In this document: piece by piece, positions 1 to 14,097 of the stretch
Layout of the letters: every line of letters starts with the position of its first letter
Numbering within the stretch: the first letter of the stretch is position 1
DNA from: Octopus sinensis
Taxonomy: Eukaryota
DNA: 64,000 bases
Assembly: GCF_006345805.1 (NCBI RefSeq)
Contig: NC_043010.1
Span: 63,984,001-64,048,000, forward strand
Reading direction: 5' to 3'
Made by a program: the position numbers and the translations under genes
Notes under the pieces: generated by a model
Told to the model about the DNA's origin: nothing
Databases searched by the model: none
Seen by the model: only the letters and a program-made list of their open reading frames with translations

Positions 1-522
1 AGAGACATGTGTCTAGAAAACAAGGGAGTAGAAAGATATTAATGAGCAGGGAGGTGGTGCAAAGGTTAACCAGGATTAAGTGCAAACTAACTCCCTGTAT
101 TCTCTTGCTCTGTACTACTACGTCCTCCATTTCGCACACATAGAGTCACACTATACTGGCAATAAAGGTGAGTAAGAAGAGCCTGGCTCAGTGGCTTTGT
201 CATAAAATGTATGTAATCTGGGAAAATAAACAAAGGCATGAGACAGACTCTGAAGCTCCTCTTCAAATCAGTATTTTCAAGTGTCAAAAACATTTGTCAT
301 TCATTTCTCCTCTTTACTACACGAGAGGTGTTCACTTATTTAACAAACTCGTTTTGTTTTCTCGGATCTTTCTGTTTGTTATTTTGCCCTAGTATATTTA
401 GCGTCTATTAGCAAAAATAAGCAACATTCAAAGGATTGTGAATAGTGGGGGGGTGCAGAGAGAGGTGTACTGCAATTAACAGCTACCCCACTCCATCCTA
501 AAAGCATCTTATCAGAAGCGAA

Positions 523-2254
523 TTAAACGGAATATTCCAGAAGGGTTGCAAAACTACTTGCATCACCACCCAGATTTGCATTAAGTGTTACTCGGGTATT
601 TGTACCCCAGTATTTGCCCAGTTCGACTGTACCTTCCCAGATATTGTTCTTTTTCTCTAAAGTTGTCCAATCCTGGTCCGCAACAACAGCAACAGCATTA
701 GCTGAAGGTATGGAAACCTTGAAGTTGACATTCGCCATCTTCTTTTCAGCATAAGGGCCGAGCACCAGAGGATCCCACATGTAGCAACCTTCTTTCCACT
801 GTGCGTATTGCTTGGGGAAAGGATAGGGTTGTTTTACAATAGCAGGAACATATACCAAGTAGTTGTAAATACCTGGCAGTTGCTGGCTTGTATCTCGACA
901 TGGCAAAGCATAGAGCTGAAGCTTGTAGAAACCAGTTTTGGACAAAAGTACCATAAAGCTAACAGTAGCACCTTCGGACTGGGTAAAGACACACTCAGCG
1001 TATTCCTTATTCTCCTCCACAGAGATCAAATTAGCTGTAACTCTCATTGGTTCAGCAGTAGCTAATTTAATTTCAACAAAGTTGCCTTCTAACTTAATTA
1101 GTTTATTTGGATGAGTTATTGCACGAAGGCCAAATTCCTCAAATTTCTGTTGGGGACCGAGGTAACCAGGGGGGAGCTTGGGTAGTTGAAGAGCTTTGAC
1201 GTCTTCATTGCAGACAATTAGGTATTGTGCAATATGATAGAGGGTCATACCTTCTAAAGCAGGATCATTAGCATAGATCTCTAGACCATATTCACCTCGT
1301 CCAGGTAAAGAGATTTTAAAGTAAGCTGTGCGCCCAACTATTTGGTCAATAATGTAACCCTCTAGATCATCATCGCTGTGGTGGTTAGATTTTAACTTAG
1401 CCATAAACTGTCTATTCTGTTCTGGCATGCGAATTTGTAGTTCAGCCTTTCCGTCTCGTGAAAGTACACTGGCTGTCTGTTGGAAAGTTGAGAGGCCATA
1501 TTTCTGGAAAGCTGCGCCAGTACCCCATGTGAGATAACTGCAAGGTGGGAAGGGTGTAGGTTCTGGTGATGATACAGATTCTTGAATGATTTTGTATTCG
1601 CACACCTGGGAATAAACGTTGTCTTTGTTCTCTGGAGTGTCTTCCTTAGCATATATGTACAACACATATGAACCAGTAACAGGCAGGCGAAGGCGGAAAG
1701 ATGCGATGCCATTGCTGCTCTCCTGCATCCCGTAACGATTAATCTTGATGCCTTTGTACTCTTCTCTACCGTCTTCAAACTGGATGCTGAAGTTGAAGGC
1801 CAGGGGTCGTCGTTGGTGAGGGTAGGTGAGGCGAATGTTCAGTTCACCACGTGCATTAATAACGGCTGTGGTGTTACTGATAAATTCCAGTTCATACTTG
1901 AAGAACTGAGGCTTCATGTGTGGTTGATTCTCAAATTCTTCCAAACTAACAGGTTGTTCTAGCAGCTGCCACTTAGGGTCGTCAGGGAAATGAGTAAACT
2001 TGAGTTGATGCGGATTAGTCAAAAAGAAATACTCGTCCAACGAATATAGGAAATCCTCTTCATCATTCTGAGTACTCGATTGTTTGCCGATTATGCGCCG
2101 CGCTGCCCAGTGACAGTCTATGAGGCACCAGTGGCCGTAGATGTAGACTGCATTCCACGAGTGCTGGTTGCTGCCTCGAGTAAACTTCTGGCCAGGACGA
2201 TAGTCGGCTCCCTTGGCAAACCCACTGATAATTTGGCTATGGACACCAGCGTAC
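523..2254 (-). CDS. Terminal coding exon (10): second transglutaminase-like core plus three beta-rich repeats and C-terminal domain
   Basis: Acceptor ...ccaacag|G at 2255-2256, phase 2. Reads [21 protein letters not shown]...[23 protein letters not shown]...DEYFFLTNP...LLEYSV, stop TAA at 523-525. The first residues of the 523..2301 ORF are intronic. Confidence 0.95.
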
Positions 2255-5200
2255 CTGTTGGAGTAGATAGAGAGATACGGAGATAATAGAGAGAAATACA
2301 TGGTGGGAAGACATTCTGCAAAAGAGATGATGGAGAGAGGGAAAGAGAGAGGTTATGGAGAGAAAAAGACAGAGAGGGTAAGAGATCATGTAATAATTAT
2401 AGCAGAAAAAGAAGTAGGAAGTCCTTGAGACAGTATTATATCTTTGCAAAAAATAAATAGAAATGGTTTTTCTGATAATTAGATATTATCAGAAAAGCCA
2501 TTTCCATTCATTTTTTTCATAACGATAGATATATGGAGAGAGATGATATAAAAAATATACAACATAGTAGTTACCTGCAGAGGATATCAAAGACCATAGC
2601 ATATGTGGTCCTGCCTGTCTTCAGGCCCATAAGGATCTCCTCAGGACTGTTTGGTTCAACATGTTGAAAGGTGAATGCACTCAGGTCTTTGGAGGCCAAC
2701 CAACGGAACACGATTCTGTTGAGAAACAACACTGTTAGTAGTGAAGCAATGTGGAATTACTGATGTAGAAGTGTAGTGTCAATGTAGAAATTGTAGGAGT
2801 GACTAAGTTGCTCCATTCAATGGCCAGCAAGGGTATAAACAGAATGTCTAGGCCCAGCCATCTCGCTATATGAGCTGACCAGTGAACTTCCATACAGTTA
2901 CTTGACTTGTTAGAAATAACAGCCAAATATCACTTATACCACCGAACCATCTTGGAAAGGGATGGACACATTGGATAATGTACTCCTCAATACACAATGC
3001 CTGAGAGAAGTACAGAGCGGTCACACCTGATATACCTTTGATTATATGTTTGTTGAATCAAGATTGATTTGAGGCTAGACAAGAACAATCACTGGCTTGA
3101 ACACGAAGGAATAACAGAGGGGATGAAGCAGATCATCAGATATGCACAATGGGAAAGCAGAAGTGTGTGTGTGTGTGTGTGTAGGAGTTGGTGTGAGAGA
3201 GGGATCTGTATGCAAGGAGTACTAAAATTGCTTAATGACTGAAAAGGCAGTTTGGCAGTGTAGGTGGGTGTGTGTGTTGGTCAACAGACTCTGTAGTCTA
3301 GATCAATGTATAAAGATTTGAAGTTGCAATATAGGGAGGCAAGTTTAGGGACAGAAAAGGGTCTGACTTACCTGACTTTTTCTAACTCATTGGTAATGTT
3401 CTTGCTGAATATCATATCCCAGACAAGGTCTTTGAAGCTGTCGTGGGTGCTCTTGGACACCTGTTTTGGAAGCAAAGCGACACGTTAGCATGGCATTAAA
3501 TGGCTCAATCCTGCCAGGTGGTAGTGGGTGGCATGGAACTGTTTGCATGAATGAAACTCTATAGGAAGTGTGCATGGGAGGTGGGAGAGGAGATGCAGAA
3601 TAATTGAAAATAGAAAACAAGAGAGAGAGAGAGAGAGAGAAGCAAACAAATAGGAATGGGTAAGTAAAGATATATATCATCATCATCATCATCATCATCA
3701 TCGTTTAACGTCCGCTTTCCATGCTAGCATGGGTTGGACGGTTCAACTGGGGTCTGGGAAGCCCGAAGGCTGCACCAGGCCAGTCAGATGTGGCAGTGTT
3801 TCTACAGCTGGATGCCCTTCCTAACGCCAACCACTCCGAGAGTGTAGTGGGTGATTTTATGTGCCACCGACACAGGTGCCAGACGAGGCTGGCAGACGGC
3901 CACGCTCGGATGGTGTTTTTTATGTGCCACCGACACAGGTGCCAGACGAGGCTGGCAGACGGCCACGCTCGGATGGTGTTTTTTTATGTGCCACCGACAC
4001 AGGTGCCAGACGAGGCTGGCAGATATATATATATATAGAGAGAGAGAGAGACAGAGCAATCAGTAAGGAGAAATTTAAAGAGAGAGAAATAAAGAAAACA
4101 CCAAAGGAAGAAATAGATAAAAAGAGGAAAAGAGTCAGACACAGAGAAAAGAAGAGAAACCTACATAGGAAGGGGGGGGCAGCGGTTGTAACAGATTTTT
4201 TAGTGAAATTGTTACATTATGGTCAATACTGATCATGACAACAACTACAACTGTTCTATATACAAAGAGTAAAAACAATTGAAACTGTGGCAAACAGTAA
4301 TATAGGAGGAGACTTTGGCTTCAGAATTTACATCTATCTTTGCCTTGTGTCTGAGTGAAGTAATCTGAAGAGACAACCTACCAATGTTGGACAATGTCAG
4401 AAAAAGGGTTTTTAGGGTTAACCATCACAACATAAATTTTCAAGAATTGGTTAGCATTCAATTTTTATTGTGCAAATAAAGAAAAAAAAACAAAAAACCC
4501 TCGCCGGTCCATGTCAGTAACCACAGGAGTCCATACAAGAAGAAGTTCAGTTGGTGAGAAGAGAGAAATATGTAACAAATCTAAAATGCTTACAGACAAC
4601 ATCAGATCCTTCTGCCCCTGCAGCAGGAACTAAACTAATTCAACTCTCTTGAGTTTACCCTTTATGTTGTGTTTGATCGTAATTACATATTGATAATGGA
4701 AGCACTCCGTCGGTTATGACGATGAGGGTTCCGGTTGATCCGAATCAACGGAACAGCCTGCTCGTGAAATTAACGTGTAAGTGGCTGAGCACTCCACAGA
4801 CACGTGTACCCTTAACGTAGTTCTCGGGGATATTCAGCGTGACACAGAGAGTGACAAGGCCGGCCCTTTGAAATACAGGTACAACAGAAACAGGAAGTAA
4901 GAGTGAGAGAAAGTTGTGGTGAAAGAGTACAGCAGGGATCACCACCATCCCCTGCCGGAGCCTCGTGGAGCTTTTAGGTGTTTTCGCTCAATAAACACTC
5001 ACAACGCCCGGTCTGGGAATCGAAACTGCGATCCCACGACCGCGAGTCCGCTGCCCTAACCACTGGGCCATTGTGCCTCCACTCCACATATTGATAACAA
5101 GTTGTTTGACAACCATCACAAACTCATTATGGTTGGTTTAAGTTACCTCTATAATGCTGGTGGGCATCTTCACTGTCATCATCTCTCCTTACCAACATAA

Positions 5201-5822
5201 AGTTGTCATCATTGTCATCATCATCATTTAATGTCTGCCTTCCATGCTGGCATGGGTTGGATGGTAGGACAGGAGCTGGCCAGGCAGAAGACTGCACCAG
5301 ATTTCTGTGGCTCTTTTGGCATGGTTTTTACTGCCAGATGCCCTTCCTAACACCAACCACCCTGCAGAGTGGATGCAGTGTTTTTTACGAGGCACCAACA
5401 CAGGTGAGGTTAGTTCTGGCATGGTTTTTATCCAAACAATATTACATTGAAGACTTGAAATAAAACACTGCTGCTGTTGTTAACCCCATGTCAAATCTAT
5501 GACCAATGTGTCCTTCATTTTCTAAAATGATATGATGTGATTTGATGGAATTTGGCTGTTATTTCCAGCATGCTGATACTTTCCCATCACATTTAATCCA
5601 GTTATAATAAGGCTCTTTGTCTCTTTGTTTACAGTCACTGTGATCTGAAGAAGTTTAAAAACATCTCAGTTGGTCAAGCTTATTCTTTTCTACATTAACT
5701 ATACTCTCGGAGTGGTTGGCATTAGGAAGGGCATCCAGCTGTAGAAACACTGCCAGATCAGACTGGAGCCTGGTGCAGCCTTCTGGCTTCCCAGATCCCC
5801 GGTCGAACCGTCCAACCCATGC

Positions 5823-5857
<35 letters not shown>

Positions 5858-7593
5858 AACTCAGTCTCATTAGATCGATGTCTGCCATTATTTCTCTTAT
5901 CTCTAAGTCATCTGAAATGTGTTGTTGTTAAGAAGTCTTCTGTTATCCCTGCAGTCTGTCAATTTCAACAGCTGATATTATCTACATCATTCTAGATCGT
6001 TATCTAATTTAACCAAGGTCTCTGAACTTGAAGGAATAACAGAGGGAATGAAGCAGAGCAATAGGTGGCAGTTATGTGAATAATCCGCAATGGAGAAGTC
6101 TGGGTAACCATTAAATCCAGGACTCCACTGTCCACAGCTCAGAACGATGTATGCACAAACCTTCAATGCCCTGCATCAATATCTGAGTGATATAAAGAAA
6201 TGAACATTACAATAAACCAATAATAGAGATATATAGCAGTGAACATAATAACTACAGTCTGAAGGGAGTCAAGCTGGGGTTTGGCTGATTACAAGGTCAC
6301 CTGCAGAGAGAAGAGAGTTAGAAGGGTTTTTTTCCTTGATGGACCATAGTTAACTCAGATAAAAGGGGATGAGATGAATTTTATTCAGACAGAGCAGAGT
6401 TGACTCGGATAAAAATGAATTAGATGGGTCTTATCTGTCTTCCCTAGATGGAGCATGGTTGCTGCAGATGGAATATATTTCTTTACTACCCACAAGGGGC
6501 TAAACACAGAGAGGACAAACAAGGACAGACAAAGGGATTAAGTCGATTACATCGACCCCAGTGCGTAACTGGTACTTAATTTATCGACCCCGAAAGGATG
6601 AAAGGCAAAGTCGACCTTGGCGGAATTTGAACTCAGAATGTAACAGCAGACGAAATACGGCTACGCTTTTCGCCCGGCGTGCTAATGTTTCTGCCAGCTC
6701 GCCGCCTTGGAATAGGTGAGCTGCAGATGGAATAGACTAGTTGTGACCCATTTGGATGGCAAGCCATCTCAGAGAAGGAACTAGATGGCAACTACTCGGA
6801 TGACATGATCATTTTAGACAGAAGCAAGAAAGGAGGAGTTAGAAATGACTTACCTGGATGGCATGGTCATCAACAGATTTCAGCACTTTTTGATCCATTA
6901 CTTCCAGGGATGGCTTTTGTGCTTGGCTGGATATTGGTGCTGGAGGTGGTGCAGCATTTGCGTCATCCACAGCTTCCAACTTGAAAGTAGTAGGAGGCAA
7001 AGGTGCAGCCTGCCCCTTTGCTCGCTTTTCGACAACAATTGGAGTCTCTGAAGCAGGGATGTTAAAGAAGTTAGCTCTTTGAGTGGGCTTGCTATAGAAC
7101 TGGCCAGCCCCAGGTCGATAGGAGAGATGACCCTGTCCTTTGGAATGCGCCATTTGGCCAAAGAGTGGTTGTTGAGCAGTGTTTGGTAATGTACCGTAGA
7201 GAAACTGTTGCTGGAGCAGTTCAGGAGGAGGTGGTGGAAAGTTTTGGTCATTTATGTCCATGTTTTGCATGCCATCCGTCAACTGCAGAAGAAGCGGAAA
7301 TATATATAATAACATCAGCAACTGTCAATAGTAAAATCAAATAACAGAATATTTAGTTCATCAATAATATTTCTTGATAAGGAATAAAGTTGTAAATAAA
7401 GTGAGTTAAATATCTTCTTATAGGCGCAGGAGTGGCTGTGTGGTAAGTAGCTTGCTAACCAACCACATGGTTACGGGTTCGGTCCCACTGCGTGGCATCT
7501 TGGGCAAGTGTCTTCTGCTATAGCCCTGGGCCGACCAATGCCTTGTGAGTGGATTTGGTAGACGGAAACTGAAAGAAGCCTGTTGTATATATG

Positions 7594-7629
<36 letters not shown>

Positions 7630-9170
7630 ATTGTGTGTCTGTGTTTGTCCCCTAGCATTGCTTGACAACCGATGCTGGTGTGTTTACGTCCCCGTCACTT
7701 AGCGGTTCGGCAAAAGAGACCGATAGAATAAGTACTGGGCTTACAAAAGAATAAGTCCCGGGGTCGATTTGCTCGACTAAAGGCGGTGCTCCAGCATGGC
7801 CGCAGTCAAATGACTGAAACAAGTAAAAGAGTAAAAAAAGAGAGTTATATGGCAAATCTGAAGTCTCTTCTGGAATATAAACTGTCATGGATGCTTTTAT
7901 TTCATTGAGTAACAACTATTAATCTCACTTTTAGAGAAATCTTATCTGAAATATTTGTTTAAAATAATCAAAGCAAGTCTATAAATATGAAGAGTCCCGT
8001 GCAACATTTGTTAGCCTAAAAACAATGCCCTTATCTTTCTTATGAATACTGCCATAGATAATTGGATATATAAATGGATGGTTTACAGGGTCTTTAGTGC
8101 ATCAGATGGATTGCCTTGCAGTAATCACTCCGGTTCACTATGCTTTGACAATCAAATACCACTGAGGTCAGTTTGACTTTTGTCCTCTTGGGATTGATAA
8201 ATAACAGTCCTGTATTGGGGTCAATTATTCTCTTTCATTCACTCTTTCTTTTTATCTGACTTCCTTTCTTCTGGAACAAATTGGGTGTGGTCAGACCTGG
8301 AGAGGGATGAGCTCCACCAAATCTACAAAATACCCAAGACATACTCTATGTCCCAATGGTGTCCCTACAACTCCATCAAGGAACTGAGGGCTCAAGGCAA
8401 GGCATGTTGGATATATATGTGTGTGTGTGTGTGTGTATGTCATCATGTGTGTGTGAGAGTCTATTGAAAAATGTAACAAAAATAAATTACATACACACAT
8501 CTGTATTTGGAAGTAAATATTCAGATGAATTTAAGTAAATGTACTCTCCTCCCTCATTCATTCTTTCTTTCTCCCTCCTCCTCTCTCTCTCACACATACA
8601 CACAGCTGATGTTAAGAGTTGACAGGAACCATGTGTACCATTAAGTAGCTCTATTCTTACCCTGACCCCTTCCTTATGTTTTATTAGCCTTCTGTGGTAA
8701 TGATGGTAGAAATGTTCCCCTTTCCTATGGGACAGCTGGCCGAGCAAAACAGCCAAGGCATTGTGTGTATGTTAGTGTCTGAATGTATGTATATGTACGT
8801 ACAGGCAGCTATCTGCATTAAGATTTCAACTCTATAGGCTTTGCAGGTATATACAATCTGTTTTCACATTCAATAGCATTTTGCTCGGAAATTACATGCA
8901 AGAAAGTTGGCATAAATGATTGTGAAATGAGAACACATGAATGAGGAGTGTCAGATGCAGATATGTAAAATGTTTTCTCAGTTCAATGTGTGTACCAGAC
9001 GATGAAAGAGGGTGATGAGTGGTGAGATGTGGAGAGATCTGTCCAGCTCCTATCGGTATTTAAAAACAGTTGTAAAAAGATGATGATGATGATGACAGTA
9101 ATGTATATAAACAGAGACACATCTGCATAGATGCTTTAAGTTCATATCCTGGTACTCTTCTGTTTATTTC

Positions 9171-9214
<44 letters not shown>

Positions 9215-9608
9215 TATAACAACAACAACACCTGTTAGCAGGATAGGATCATTTGGCTGGACAAGGGAATGTCTGCAGTAGACTTGTATGAAATTCTTTA
9301 ACTACCTTTTAACTTTATAAAAAGATTATGTGTGTGTGTCAGTGTGTGTGTGTGTGATGGTCACTCTAGACAGAATGAGTTAGATGGGTCTTATTTGTCT
9401 GGTGCATGGAGTGACAATGATCCACCCAGGTAAGTGTGCATGAGCAATTTTATGAATTTAAACGAGAGAAAGAATATGCAATACATGTAGTAGTAAACAT
9501 TATTTGTGAACAGTTGAGAATCTGTTGCAGAGATATTCAGTTCAGTTTCACACTTCTGTGCAACCGGCTGAAAAAGTGGGTGTCTGTGTCTGTGTATGTA
9601 CATATATA

Positions 9609-9651
<43 letters not shown>

Positions 9652-12600
9652 GTGTGGATACAACAAAGATAAGACTGAAGAAAGTTTGTTCTATGATAAG
9701 TGCAGATACTGACAACACCTTGAGTAAAAGCAAAACAAATGTGAACAAATATACAAAACATGAACAACAACAACATAGAAATTTAGCAACAGAACATAAT
9801 AATATAAAATACTGAAACAAAACAATGTTTAATGAACCTTAAAAAATACCTTTCTTGAAGCCATTGTTAATTTGGTCAACGAGAGATTTCTGTACACCTA
9901 TGAGGTTTGGCACCTGTGTTGTTGCTCTTATTGTTGTTTAGCCCCCAGTCAGCTGTGAAGAAACCTATGATCAGCTGTGACCATCCCTTCTTTTCTTCAA
10001 GCACAAATGTATTTAGGACTATACTGTCCAATGTGACCTTCCTTCTTGTTTTGTTTTGTTTTGTTTTAGATGGTAGGATGCAGTCTGAGGGAGATTTGGC
10101 TGCTATTTGTAGCAGGTTGAATGACCATGTAGAAGTTCCCTTGTTGTAGAAGAGTTGTTGAAACTACAGGCGACGTTTACATTTTTGTTAAAACTGTATA
10201 CGTGAGTAGAATGGGGCAAAACAGCGGAAGAATAAAGGAGGTTCTTATGAGATATTCGGTCAATTGATGAAGTAAAAATAAATGGAAATAAAATTTTCTA
10301 CATTTACAGTTCTTAGCAAAGTGTTTGCGTGTTTGTTTGTGGGTGTGTGTGTGTTTATGAAAATATAAAACAGCAAAACTTAACAATAATAAATTTTCCC
10401 CTCTTCCTTCACATTCCTGGAATGCACAACTCTTTCCTTTCCGGTCCTCAGCCACGAGGCTCTCAGCACATCTGTAAATAATTTCAGGCACAATAAACCA
10501 ACTGTCAAAATCTCTGTCGTCCTCCTTTTCCTTTGAGTGTTTTGTGACGAAGGAAGAAGTCAGCTCTTTTTCCAACTAGTATTCTCTACTATGCAGTCAG
10601 TCCTACCTCAAGTGGGGGTGGTCCTCTGTTTCCTTCCTGCTGATGTAACTCTTAATAATAGGCTCCTTATAACTTTTTCCTCGAGTGATCCTTGTAATAC
10701 AGCCTACAGTGTGGCATCAATAAAACAGGGATTTGGTTGCTATTTCTAACGAGTTGCAGTAATCTAAAATCACTTGTATTTTGCAGTATGGGTGAGTCAC
10801 TAAAATACCCAGTCCAGTGTTTTTAACCAAATAACCTAGATTTGCTTGTATTTTGCTTTCTCTAAAATGTTCACAGGTGCCTTTTTCACTAACGATTACC
10901 CTATAATTTTCTTCTTTTGCAGTGTTTGTCATAAAGATACCAATAATATTCCTTGTCTTATTTTCTTGGTAACACTTCCTTTTGTTCACATACTTCACAG
11001 TGGATATTGGTTGCACAATTTTTTGAGTTCCCTGAATTTGTTCTTCACATTTATATACGTATATACATACAAATACATACACATATATATACATACAAAA
11101 AACACACCTTCTTTACAGTGAAGTTGTTGCTATTTTAAATGGTTTCCTCTCTCTGCAACAATCCCTCCTCCGTCCAAATGACCACTCGCTGAAAGCACCC
11201 CCAACCAAATTCTAGTCTTCAACAAACATTTAACTAGAGAATTTAGTTTTCCACAAGGAGAACATTTGCGAGTACATACAACAGTTTGTGTGTGTGTGTG
11301 CATGAAGGGCTCTGGCTGGTGGAGGGCAACAGAGAGAGAAAATGCGCAACTATCACCTTAGAAGTACCTGACTCTGGCGCGTGCCCATGGCCAGACAAAC
11401 CGTGTCAGCTGCTGTCCCTGGAGAATCATCTTCAGGCTTAAACAAGTTGACTTTTATTTAATATGCCATCAACTGTGTGGGTGTGTGGGTGTGTCTTGCT
11501 TCATTTGTCTTGCATGAGTGTGTGTGTGTGAGAGAGAGAGAAAGGGAGAGAGAGGGAGTGAGAGAAAGAGAGAGAGAGAAAGATAGACAGAGAGAAATAT
11601 AAAGGAAGATAGGGAGAGAGAGAGAGAGAGAGCTTAACTACTGCATACAAATAAATATTTAAAAACAAATCAACTTCCAATACCACTTACTGCACCTGCA
11701 CCACCACCACCACCACCACCACCATAATTAACATAACCAAGAGCATCACCACTAATGCCATACCAAACCCACAACCACCTCCCTTAGTGAAGACCAGCAG
11801 TGCTCTTACTACCACCACCACCACAATAGCCAAGTCCACCAACCATCACTCTCAGATGCCACAAACTCCAGTAGTTTTACTTCCCTCCAAATTGGTAATT
11901 GTGTAGTTTTATTTATTTCCTTCCTCTCAGCCGCAAATAACATCTCCCCTTCCTCACACCTCCATCACAACTTATTCCTCTCTTAAACTGTGATAATGTC
12001 ATAGCGAAAGATGGAGCCTGGGCCGCGAGGGGGGGGAGAGCAGAGCAGAGGGGGGAAGGTGTTTTGTTCTTTTACCAGGTTCCAACCTCTGGGTTGTGGG
12101 ACAAGATGGACAGAAGGAGGGAAGGAAGGAGAGAGAAGGGAGGAGAGAGATAAAAGAAAGATGCAGGGAATGGATGAACACACACACACACACACATTCA
12201 GACACTGATGCATGCATTCCCTGCCATGCATACACACACAGACACACACACACCATTATTGTTGACAAACTAAATTTCTTCCTATCAGTTTGTACTCACC
12301 ACCACCACCACCACCACCATAGTATTAATTAGAGAGAGAGAGAGAGAGAGAGAGAAAGAGCGAGGAAGGGATGGGTAGAGGGGTCAGAAACCATCATCGA
12401 CAGTCTCCAGTTATTTAAATTAATCAACCACAAGTTAACATCGCCATCACCACCATCATTTAAATAATATATCACAAGTTAAGAAAGAGAGGAGAAAATA
12501 AAGTCATACAGAATGAGTCACTCTATTTAAAGTCAAAGTGTCCACCCTGAAACCACCCATATTTCAAACCCAATCACACACACACACACACAATTTTTAT

Positions 12601-14034
12601 ATAATCCCATTACAATACTAATAAAATAAACCTACTTCCAGCCTACCCCCAAGTAACAATAACAACAACAAGGGACAAATGGTATAATTTTTAGCAGTTG
12701 TCCTCTTTAGTAATCTACCCACATTTCACCCTGATTCACCAATTCATAGCGTCACCTCCCTACAACACTGATGGTAACGACATAGAATCATCTCTCTCTC
12801 TCTCTCTCTCTCTCCCTTCCTCTCATTTTTAATGTATGTCTGTCTGATTGTGGCAACTGCTTGTTGGTCAACATGGGTCCCCTCTCTCACTTAAGCTTTC
12901 CACCACCAGGCAGCTGCTGCTACCAAAAGCTACAGAGTGAGACCGCTATGTGGTCACACGACGTGCTAAAAACAACAGCCCAAACTCCTTCAAATCACAC
13001 TTTTCTTCTCCGGAAAAGAACATGTTACATGGTGCAGTGTTGGGTTCCCTGCTTGAGGCTGGAATGCCTCTGATCTTTAGCTAGGTTGACTGAAATTGAT
13101 CTGGGACTAGACAACAGCCACCACCATCACCATTACCATCTCGTTTCTGTAGGTGCAATGAGTAGGACAGAGTTTAGCTATTTAGAATATGTAGGGAACT
13201 AGAAGCAGACAGGCCATTAGACAAATCAACAGACAGATCAATAGATACTCAAACAGAGAAGAAAAATGTAGGACGTGTGTGTGAGTGTATGAGCATGCAT
13301 GTTAAAACCTTCAAGGCCACTCCAAATGCTAGGTTTCACAATCTTCATATCTTATCATGATCTCTCTCTCTCTCTCTTTCACACATACCTACAGTGCAAA
13401 CCAGTAGTTTTGTTCTATGGACATAGGTATAGCTCTTGTGCTCAACAAATTGGCATTTGCTGCCACATGATTTCATGATTGATCTCACTGCACGGCACCA
13501 TGGGCGTGTGTTTCTGCCACACTGCTAGGTTGGCCAATACGTCAAGAATTTAGAAGATGGAAATTGTGTAGAAGTCTGTCCCTTCTTTCTACCCAACTAC
13601 CACTTTTGTTCCCCGCCTCATATAAATATATAAATATATATGTGGAGGCGCAATGGCCCAGTGGTTAGGGCAGCGGATTCGCGGTCATAGGATCGCGGTT
13701 TCGATTCCCAGGCCGGGCGTTGTGAGTGTTTATTGAGCGAAATCACCTAAAGCTCCACGAGGCTCCGGCAGGGGATGGTGGTGATCCCTGCTGTGCTCTT
13801 TCACCACAACTTTCTCTCACTCTTACTTCCTGTTTCTGTTGTACCTGTATTTCAAAGGGCCGGCCTTGTCACTCTCTGTGTCACGCTGAATATCCCCGAG
13901 AACTACGTTAAGGGTACACGTGTCTGTGGAGTGCTCAGCCACTTACACGTTAATTTCATGAGCAGGCTGTTCCGTTGATTCGGATCAACCGGAACCCTCG
14001 TCGTCGTAACCGATGGAGTGCTTCCATCCCATCC

Positions 14035-14097
<63 letters not shown>

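Noticed and set aside
2255-2301. N-terminus [16 protein letters not shown] of the 592-aa ORF as a single-exon gene
   Set aside because: This stretch is the intronic pyrimidine tract; homology continues through the acceptor at 2255-2256 into upstream exons.
10177-10575. 132-aa minus-strand ORF as an extra coding exon
   Set aside because: No recognisable motif, runs through a (CA)n tract, and has no clear phase-compatible splice pair.
13642-13715. tRNA(Arg)-like gene
   Set aside because: It is the head of a ~385-bp SINE repeated several times with TSDs, not a standalone tRNA gene.
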